Below, piece by piece: positions 25,234 to 31,889 of a stretch of 33,391 nt of DNA; position 1 is the first letter of the stretch; every line of letters starts with the position of its first letter. Under the pieces are notes generated by a model. It searched no databases. It saw only the letters and a list, made by a program, of their open reading frames with translations, and was not told the DNA's origin. Source of the DNA: Candidatus Woesearchaeota archaeon (GTDB taxonomy: Archaea; Nanobdellota; Nanobdellia; Pacearchaeales; GW2011-AR1); NCBI GenBank assembly GCA_964416245.1, contig CAYQDG010000003.1, positions 1-33,391 on the forward strand. Reading direction: 5' to 3'. The position numbers and the translations under genes were made by a program.

Positions 25234-25950
25234 ATGTTAAAAAATACTTCTAAAAGTTTTAGAGAATTTTTTTTGTTGAAATTTACTGAACAGTTGATTA
25301 TGCATTCTGAGAATATTGAATTGTTGAAACTTGAAGAGCTTTTGAGAAGAAAAAATCAGCTTCCTATTGAAGAAGAAAAATCAAAAAAAGACATTAAAGA
25401 AGAAGTTCATCAAAAACTAAACCCAAAACTAAAAGAAAAACCTACTTCTATTTCTCGAGATCCCTTTTCTGGGAATCTTGAAAAACGAGTCCCTTTTCCA
25501 ACTAAAATTGGAAGAAGAGAAATTTCTTCTTCGCCCCAAAGAAGGGTTTTGAAAGTTCCAAATGTTAAACCTTTGCCCCCTCAGTTTAGTAATGTTCAAC
25601 CAAAACCTACGGAGAAGTCAATTGATTTGGGCAAATTAAATGTTTTAGTTCAGGATCCGAATGTTAAAACAATTGAATGTGAAGGAGAGAATACAAAAGT
25701 TATTGTTACTGGTTCTATGGGTAGAAAGCCTACTTCTATTGTTTTATCTAGTGAAGAGATTGATTCAATAATAAATAAATTTTCTCAGGAAGCTAAAATA
25801 CCTACAACTTCTGGAGTTTTCAAAGTTGCTGTTGGTAGCCTTACATTAACTGCAATGATTTCAGAATCTGTTGGAAGTCGTTTTGTTATAAAAAAAATTG
25901 AAGAAAAATCCCAAATGATGGGTCCCCCTGGGGTTCCTAGGAGATTTTAA
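25234..25950 (+). CDS. Protein carrying only the N-terminal domain of FlaI/GspE-type (T2SSE) secretion ATPases; no ATPase domain
   Basis: The C-terminal ~90 aa read LNVLVQDPNVKTIECEGENTKVIVTGSMGRKPTSIVLSSEEIDSIINKFSQEAKIPTTSGVFKVAVGSLTLTAMISESVGSRFVIKKI. This mirrors the region preceding Walker A in archaeal FlaI/GspE, ending in the IRK-like motif. The ORF stops 17 codons later and contains no Walker A. Start set at ATG 25234 rather than 25171. Confidence 0.55.
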   Translation: MLKNTSKSFREFFLLKFTEQLIMHSENIELLKLEELLRRKNQLPIEEEKSKKDIKEEVHQKLNPKLKEKPTSISRDPFSGNLEKRVPFPTKIGRREISSSPQRRVLKVPNVKPLPPQFSNVQPKPTEKSIDLGKLNVLVQDPNVKTIECEGENTKVIVTGSMGRKPTSIVLSSEEIDSIINKFSQEAKIPTTSGVFKVAVGSLTLTAMISESVGSRFVIKKIEEKSQMMGPPGVPRRF

Positions 25951-25959
25951 GTTTTTTAA

Positions 25960-27498
25960 TTATAGTATTGCATATTTTTCATCTAGATCAATTCTTCTTT
26001 CTTCAATTGTTTTTTCTTCAGAGAATTTTTTTACTAAATCTTTTAACCAAATTATTCTGTCTCTATCTATCTGTTCTTTTAGTTTTGTTTCGTTTAAATC
26101 ATTGTTGTAATGATGTTCCATTGTATATTCATCAATTGTAAAAAAAACAGAATATTTGTCTTTGTATTCATTAACTTTTGTTTGGACTAATGGAAAGTTT
26201 ACATTATTTTTTATTATTTCTTTTTCACCTTCTGTTAAATTTATTTTTTCAAAAGATAAATCATAAGTTATGTTCTCTTGAGTTAAATTTTCTGTAATAT
26301 TTGTTTCGTTTAATCTCGGTTCTGTTAAATTTTCTATTGGTTCTGTTATATTTGTTTCTTCTGAGGGTTCTTCAATTATGTCTTCAGAAGATATTTCTTC
26401 TTCTAATGAATAAATTTCTTGATTATTGTAAGTTATTTTAGCAATGAATTCTCCTTCTTCGAGGGATATATTTAATTCCTTTAAATCTATAGATAATGTT
26501 ATTTCTTCTCCTAAAAATTCTTCTCCAAATCCTTCTTCTATTTCAGAATAATTTGTAGTTATTATTGCTTTTCCATTTTCAATTTGAACATTCAATATTT
26601 TTTTTTCTAATTCTTTTTCTTCTGTTTGAACGCTTCCAGGAATTATTTCAATGTTGCTATTTTCTGGAATATTATATTCTCTTGGATTATTTTTTGAAAC
26701 GTCTCCCTGTATTTCTTCCTGGATTATTTGTCCTGTTAAAATACTTCTAAAAAAAGAAGAAATAGATGTAATAGTATTTCCTACTACATTTCCAGTTATT
26801 GTTGGTTGAGTTTCTGGTTTGTCTGTTTCTTTTGTAGTGTCTTCTTCAACATTTGTTTCTTTAACAGTTATTTCTTCTTTTGGCATATCTGTTTCTTCTG
26901 TTGAAGTTATGTTTTCTTCAGGCTGAGTTTCTTCAGTTGTATTTTCTTTGGGAGTTTCATTTATTTCTGTAGTTTCTTCAGATTCAGTTTCTTCTTCTGA
27001 AGTTATATTTAATTTAAAAAAAACAGTTGGAGTTAATTCTTTTTTTCCGATTTTTCCATATCCTTTTCCTTCTCCTGTTAATTCTGTGTTTTCAATAAAA
27101 TATTTTCCGGAAGAAGTTTCATTTTTTATTATTTCACTTAGATTGAACTCATATTGTTGATTAGCATTTTCTATCATTATTTTTGAATTGTAGGGTAAAA
27201 GTTCTCCTTCTTTCAGATTTATGTTAATTTTTCCTTTGAAAATTTCTCCCTCTTTGTATTCTTTTTCTATATCTAAAATAACTCTTCCAGAAAATTGCGT
27301 TCTAAAAAATATAACCCAAAAAATAGCAAATAATATTAAAAGGGTTGCCAATCCTATTACTAATTTTTTTCTGAATTTTTTTTCTTCCTTTTTTGCTCCT
27401 CGGTATTCAGAAACAACTTTGCCATCTACTCTTCTACTGTGGTATACATAAGGGCCATAAATCTTTCCATTTTTTTCTATATATTTTTTATATGCCAT
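25960..27498 (-). CDS. Type II-anchored surface protein with a T/E-rich linker and a dense N-glycosylation sequon cluster
   Basis: 512 aa. Basic cytoplasmic N-terminus, TM helix LVIGLATLLILFAIFWVIFF, and a T/E low-complexity region (nt ~26790-27010). Seven N-x-T sequons sit within ~40 residues (NITEPIENLTEPRLNETNITENLTQENITY...INLTE, nt ~26225-26365). Confidence 0.6.
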   Translation of the reverse strand: MAYKKYIEKNGKIYGPYVYHSRRVDGKVVSEYRGAKKEEKKFRKKLVIGLATLLILFAIFWVIFFRTQFSGRVILDIEKEYKEGEIFKGKININLKEGELLPYNSKIMIENANQQYEFNLSEIIKNETSSGKYFIENTELTGEGKGYGKIGKKELTPTVFFKLNITSEEETESEETTEINETPKENTTEETQPEENITSTEETDMPKEEITVKETNVEEDTTKETDKPETQPTITGNVVGNTITSISSFFRSILTGQIIQEEIQGDVSKNNPREYNIPENSNIEIIPGSVQTEEKELEKKILNVQIENGKAIITTNYSEIEEGFGEEFLGEEITLSIDLKELNISLEEGEFIAKITYNNQEIYSLEEEISSEDIIEEPSEETNITEPIENLTEPRLNETNITENLTQENITYDLSFEKINLTEGEKEIIKNNVNFPLVQTKVNEYKDKYSVFFTIDEYTMEHHYNNDLNETKLKEQIDRDRIIWLKDLVKKFSEEKTIEERRIDLDEKYAIL

Positions 27499-27575
27499 TT
27501 GTAAGTAACTAGAAAAAGTAAAATGTCTATTTAAAGTTTCTCAAATTAAAATAATAAAAATAAAAAATAAAAAAT

Positions 27576-27845
27576 TTATTCTGTGGATACATTTTGTTGC
27601 TGTTCTGGTATGTATGGAACTAAAGTTAATGTTTCGTTTCCTACAGGTATTTGAACGTATCCATTTGCTTGTAATTGTGGAAGAATTATTTGATACACAT
27701 AGTATTCAATTCCCTCCAACCTTCTTTCATCTGCATATTTGTTCATTTGTGGTTGTATCACAAAGAAGAACGTTATGAATAGCAAAAGTACTATTACAAC
27801 AGCAGATAAAATTCTTATTGTAAGTTTTGTCTTGTCTTGTCTCAT
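27576..27845 (-). CDS. Small N-terminally anchored protein (89 aa)
   Basis: ATG ORF preceded by GGAGGU with an 8-nt spacer. TM helix ILSAVVIVLLLFITFFFV. Confidence 0.5.
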   Translation of the reverse strand: MRQDKTKLTIRILSAVVIVLLLFITFFFVIQPQMNKYADERRLEGIEYYVYQIILPQLQANGYVQIPVGNETLTLVPYIPEQQQNVSTE

Positions 27846-27853
27846 TACTTTTT

Positions 27854-27859
27854 ACCTCC
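27854..27859 (-). promoter_or_regulatory. Shine-Dalgarno-like GGAGGU for the operon-internal gene 27576..27845
   Basis: The plus strand reads acctcc, which is ggaggt on the minus strand, 8 nt upstream of the ATG at 27845. This contrasts with the SD-less, TATA-proximal first genes. Confidence 0.5.
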
Positions 27860-27866
27860 TTTCATT

Positions 27867-28556
27867 TTATTTTGTTTCGATTTCAAGTAAAGTTGTTATA
27901 TCTCTTAATTGTAAGTTTCCAGAGATATCTACTTTTACAGAAATTAAATCTCCTTTTTCAAAATTTAAAACTTCTTTTGAAATTGTGTCATAATCTTTGT
28001 AGGTTTTAGTTTCTGTAATTGTGAATGAATTCCTAAAACCCACTTTTTCTCCATTTTTGTAAATTATTATTTCAACATTGCCTGCTCCGTCAATTGTTTC
28101 TAGGTTTGTTGACAATCCAGTAATGCTACCTTCTCTTATCATAACGTATCCTTTTTCATGACTTCCAAGAACACCTACGGCGTTTTTCAAAAAAGTTGTT
28201 TCTTTTATTACTTCATCATGTCCAAAAGTTAAAAGCATTTTTTGTGCAAATTCTGCTATACTTTCTTTGATTTTTGTTTTTGATGCAGTAATTATATAGA
28301 CGGGTTTTTCATCATCATTTACTTGGACTTCATACAATGCTAAATTAGTTTCATCAATATTTTGTAAATTCAAATCTTTTGGGAGTTTTTTGAAATCTAC
28401 TTCTTTTATATCGCTTACTTTTTCTTCTTCAATTCCTTTACTTTTTGCAACTTTTTTAACAAAATCTTCAACTTCTTCTGTTATTTGCGTTGTTTGTGCA
28501 AATGCAACTCCCACAAGGATTATTCCTAAGATTAAAAAAGTAAAGTATTTTTTCAT
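27867..28556 (-). CDS. Secreted protein, unknown function
   Basis: 229 aa. Signal peptide MKKYFTFLILGIILVGVAFAQ. Mixed alpha/beta mature part. No family recognised. Confidence 0.55.
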   Translation of the reverse strand: MKKYFTFLILGIILVGVAFAQTTQITEEVEDFVKKVAKSKGIEEEKVSDIKEVDFKKLPKDLNLQNIDETNLALYEVQVNDDEKPVYIITASKTKIKESIAEFAQKMLLTFGHDEVIKETTFLKNAVGVLGSHEKGYVMIREGSITGLSTNLETIDGAGNVEIIIYKNGEKVGFRNSFTITETKTYKDYDTISKEVLNFEKGDLISVKVDISGNLQLRDITTLLEIETK

Positions 28557-28647
28557 TTTCCTCTTGATTATATTATCCTTTTGTTTTATTTAAAGGTTTT
28601 TGTATTATTCTCAATAGATTTATAATATAAGATTTATTTTTTATTTT

Positions 28648-28935
28648 ATGGAAATTGAAGATAAAATTACCAAAGAAAAATTGAATAAATATTTTAGTGT
28701 AACTGAAAGTGCTTTTGAAATTATAAATAAAAGTGTGATAAAGGGAAAAGAAGATTATGCAAAAGAAATTTTTGAGATGGTTTCTAATTATATTTCAGAT
28801 GCTAAACATTTTGAATCTAGGGGAGATTATGTTAATGCTTTTGCTGCTTTGAATTATGCTCATGGGTGGATTGATTCTGGGGTACGGTTAGATATTTTCG
28901 ATGTTAGTGATGATAGATTATTTACAATAAAATAG
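28648..28935 (+). CDS. DUF357-like small archaeal protein
   Basis: 95 aa. YVNAFAALNYAHGWIDSGVRLDIFDV matches the A-x3-YA-x-GW-x-D-x-G pattern I associate with DUF357. TATA tttataat at 28618-28625. Confidence 0.55.
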   Translation: MEIEDKITKEKLNKYFSVTESAFEIINKSVIKGKEDYAKEIFEMVSNYISDAKHFESRGDYVNAFAALNYAHGWIDSGVRLDIFDVSDDRLFTIK

Positions 28936-28977
28936 AGTATAATAATCTTTAAAAATTTCAATCAATTGGTTTTTTCC

Positions 28978-29346
28978 ATGGCAGAGAAAAAATATTTTTT
29001 TAATGGGAGAAAAATTAAAGGAATTCAGATGGTTACTGTTATTCCTGATATTTCGAGAGAAAGGGAATTTAGTGAATTGAAAAACCAATTATTCAATTAT
29101 GTTTCTAATTCTAAAGATAAAAAATATTGTTTGGATTTTTCTAAAGTTAAAAATTTTAATTATGTTTCTAATTCAATTTCGGTTATGATGAATTTTAATC
29201 GGTATTGTGTTAATAATAATAAAAAATGTTATTTTGTTTCAAATTCCAAATTAAAGCCTTTTTTGGAAAAATCACATCTTGTTGATACCTTGTTTAAAGG
29301 AAATGTTTTTGATTCAAAAGAGCAATTGGAAAATTTTATTTTATGA
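28978..29346 (+). CDS. STAS-like (anti-sigma antagonist fold) small protein, tentative
   Basis: KKYCLDFSKVKNFNYVSNSISVMMNFNRYCVNNNKKCYFVSNSKLKPFLEKSHLVDTLF...FDSKEQL follows the STAS layout. Start set at ATG 28978 (tttaaaaa at 28948-28955) rather than TTG 28966. Confidence 0.35.
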   Translation: MAEKKYFFNGRKIKGIQMVTVIPDISREREFSELKNQLFNYVSNSKDKKYCLDFSKVKNFNYVSNSISVMMNFNRYCVNNNKKCYFVSNSKLKPFLEKSHLVDTLFKGNVFDSKEQLENFIL

Positions 29347-29382
29347 AGTAAAATATAAAAACTACTTTTTACTTTATTTTTT

Positions 29383-30075
29383 ATGAAGAGAAAAAAAAGA
29401 GTGGTTGTTTTGAGTTTGGGGGGAAGTCAAATTATTCCTGATGATGTTAATTATTCTTATTTGAAAAAATTTAAACGAGTTCTTGAAAAACATAAAAGAG
29501 ATTATAATTTTGTTGTTGTTTGTGGCGGAGGAAGTTTAGCAAGAAAATATATTAAAGCCATAAAAAAAGAGGGTTTGAGTGAATTTCATCAATCTTTAGC
29601 TGGAATTAGTGCTACTCGTTCGAATGCAAGATTTGTTTCCCATTTTTTTGGATTTGATTCAATGCATGGTGTTCCTCATACTGTTAAAACTGTTGGCAAA
29701 TATTTGAAAAAACAGGGGATAGTTTTTTGTGGGGCTTTGGAATATAAGGAAGACCAAACTTCTGATTCTGTTGCTGCAATTTTGGCTAAAAGGTTTGGTG
29801 GAGAATTTGTTAATTTGACTAATGTTAAGGGATTGTATACAAAAGATCCAAATAAATATAAAAATGCTAAATTTATTTCTGAAATTTCTTGGAAGGATTT
29901 TGATGAAATGGTTCAAAAAATTAAATTTAAACCTGGTCAGCATTTTGTTCTTGATCAAAACGCGTCAAAAGTTATTAGGAAGAAAAAAATTCCAACACAT
30001 ATAATAAAAGATTTAAGTCAATTAGATAAATATTTGAGTTGGCAGAAATTTGTGGGGACTACAATTGAGGGATAA
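29383..30075 (+). CDS. pyrH: UMP kinase, archaeal type
   Basis: VVLSLGGSQI, VVVCGGGSLARKYI, TSDSVAAILA and GLYTKDPNKYKNAKFI. About 230 aa, as in archaeal PyrH. tataaaaa at 29354-29361 sits at -29..-22. Confidence 0.88.
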   Translation: MKRKKRVVVLSLGGSQIIPDDVNYSYLKKFKRVLEKHKRDYNFVVVCGGGSLARKYIKAIKKEGLSEFHQSLAGISATRSNARFVSHFFGFDSMHGVPHTVKTVGKYLKKQGIVFCGALEYKEDQTSDSVAAILAKRFGGEFVNLTNVKGLYTKDPNKYKNAKFISEISWKDFDEMVQKIKFKPGQHFVLDQNASKVIRKKKIPTHIIKDLSQLDKYLSWQKFVGTTIEG

Positions 30076-30513
30076 ATGGAAAAAATAATTTTGACAGAGA
30101 AAAATTTTAATCATTTGAAAGAGATGGTTAAGAAGAATAAAGATAAGGAAATAATTTTTAGTTCTCAGGATGATGAATTGAATAGAAAAGCTATGGAAAA
30201 GTTAGAAATTTCTGGAATTTTAATTAGTCTATCTGGGAGAAAAGATTATATGAAACAAAGAAATTCTGGATTTAATCAGGTAATGGCAAGAGTTGCCAAA
30301 AAAAAGGGAATTTTTGTTGTTTTCGATTTTAATGAATTGGTCAATTCAAAAGAAAAATCTAGGATATTATCTAGATTAAAACAAAATATTTTCTTATGTA
30401 ATAAATATGATGTTGGTTTGAAGTTAATTAATTATGAAAATAAAAATGTTTACGATTTGAAAAGTTTATTTTTAGTTTTGGGTTTGAAAACTTCTTTGGT
30501 AAAAAAATTATAA
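30076..30513 (+). CDS. rnp3: RNase P protein component 3 (Rpp30)-like, N-terminally short
   Basis: The ATG abuts the pyrH stop. ISGILISLSGRKDY...GFNQVMARVAKKKGIFVVFDFNELV...KSRILSRLKQNIFLCNKYDVGLKLIN...DLKSLFLVLGL aligns by eye with the C-terminal two-thirds of Pyrococcus Rpp30. 145 aa versus ~210 aa typical. Confidence 0.5.
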   Translation: MEKIILTEKNFNHLKEMVKKNKDKEIIFSSQDDELNRKAMEKLEISGILISLSGRKDYMKQRNSGFNQVMARVAKKKGIFVVFDFNELVNSKEKSRILSRLKQNIFLCNKYDVGLKLINYENKNVYDLKSLFLVLGLKTSLVKKL

Positions 30514-31779
30514 AAGTGAGCAACCGTAGTCAGTTTCCCATATTTCGTAATAATCTCCATCTTTGATATCATTTGGAATTAAGTCCACTCTTACGTATGA
30601 AAGTTCTCCATCAAATCTGGGAGTTACGTAATCTATTATTATGAAACATCCTGTCTCATTACCTCCTGGAAAAACAATTCTGTAGTTTTGGAATTCTTCT
30701 GAATCAGTTGGGAAGTCTTGGCTGTCCATGTATTCTCCGACGTTATATGGCCAAACCGAACGAATTGTTCCTGAATTAAGCATTGTTTCCGGGACACATT
30801 CTCCTAATTCACAAACTTCTCCAAATTCACAATCATCGTTTGAGCTACATTCTAAAGGTTCGAAACATTCCCCTTCTTGACAAACATCTTCCCCTTCACA
30901 TTCTTCTATTATTTTTGTAGTTACCGATTCGCAAAGCTCATTTACACAGGAGTATTCTTTATAGTTTTGAACGGTTGCTTCTGGATTACTTTGGCAGGTT
31001 TTTGGTCCAACCGGTCCATCTGTTCCGCAATCTGAATCCTCGATACAAGAAACAGGTTTTTCAACACATTGTCCTCCTTGGCATTCATATGTATCTGGAC
31101 AATTGTCGATAACTGTTAAAACAGTACTTGATTCTTCACAATATCCAAAATTACAGACATGCGTTTTTATGTATTGAACAACATTATTTGAACCATCACA
31201 AAATCTATCTTCTATAGGATAATTCAACTCTTCACAATCGGGGTCATCTTCACATTGGAGGTCTCCTGCTCCTTCTCCTGGAGTTCCTTCGCCTGTCCCT
31301 GTGTAGTTCATTTTTTCTAATCCTTCTACGCTATCAGCTATTCCTCCAATTGTATCAGAAGATTGTCCGCCAACACGATAGATTGGAGCGATTGAAATTT
31401 TTTCAATTTCTGATATGATTAAATCGGTTCCTGGCACCAGAAGATCTATTTCAAATGTTCTTTGTCCGAATTCTTCAAATCTTGTGAATCTTTCTTCATA
31501 AACTTCTGCTGTTCGGGGATCTTCTACAATGAATTTTATTCCTGTTAAATTTCCTTCACCTGCATTTCTTTTTACTTTTACTTCTGCTATTGCAGAGGAT
31601 CCATTTATATTTGCAGAAACTATTTCTAAATTTATTGTGAATCTATCTAGATTTATTGAACCCGTCCCTTTTATTATCAATCTATCAACTACGACCCAAA
31701 TTGCTGAGATTGCTAGGATTATTAAAAGTATTAAAATTATTGTTGTAACTACTTGAGATAAACCTCTTTTGTTTTTCAT
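30508..31779 (-). CDS. Type IV pilin-like protein (class III signal peptide) with a cysteine-rich acidic repeat domain
   Basis: The N-terminus MKNKRG-LSQVVTTIILILLIILAISAIWVVV matches the archaeal pilin N-terminal pattern (Pilin_N/DUF1628-like, [KR]G then S-x-V-[IV] plus a hydrophobic stretch). Residues ~176-330 hold ~28 Cys in recurring C-x4-5-C-x-[EQ/L]-G-[EQ]-C modules. 423 aa. Confidence 0.65.
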   Translation of the reverse strand: MKNKRGLSQVVTTIILILLIILAISAIWVVVDRLIIKGTGSINLDRFTINLEIVSANINGSSAIAEVKVKRNAGEGNLTGIKFIVEDPRTAEVYEERFTRFEEFGQRTFEIDLLVPGTDLIISEIEKISIAPIYRVGGQSSDTIGGIADSVEGLEKMNYTGTGEGTPGEGAGDLQCEDDPDCEELNYPIEDRFCDGSNNVVQYIKTHVCNFGYCEESSTVLTVIDNCPDTYECQGGQCVEKPVSCIEDSDCGTDGPVGPKTCQSNPEATVQNYKEYSCVNELCESVTTKIIEECEGEDVCQEGECFEPLECSSNDDCEFGEVCELGECVPETMLNSGTIRSVWPYNVGEYMDSQDFPTDSEEFQNYRIVFPGGNETGCFIIIDYVTPRFDGELSYVRVDLIPNDIKDGDYYEIWETDYGCSLL

Positions 31780-31800
31780 AAATTTTGAAGTTAAAGGAAA

Positions 31801-31808
31801 TTTATAAA
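31801..31808 (-). promoter_or_regulatory. TATA box for the pilin-like gene (leaderless spacing)
   Basis: tttataaa. The centre is 25.5 nt from the ATG at 31779. Confidence 0.45.
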
Positions 31809-31889
31809 TTTAGGGGTTCCTTATTTTTCTAAATAAATTGTTTTTTATGAATAACAAAGTTTTTTAATTACTGAAATTTTTCTATGGGG

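Noticed and set aside
30508-31779. Elevated G+C of the pilin-like gene as evidence of recent horizontal transfer.
   Set aside because: Codon third positions remain A/T-biased. All four Cys in the stretch CEGEDVCQEGECFEPLEC use TGT. The G+C excess is therefore explained by the Cys/Gly/Pro/Glu/Asp-rich composition, not foreign codon usage.
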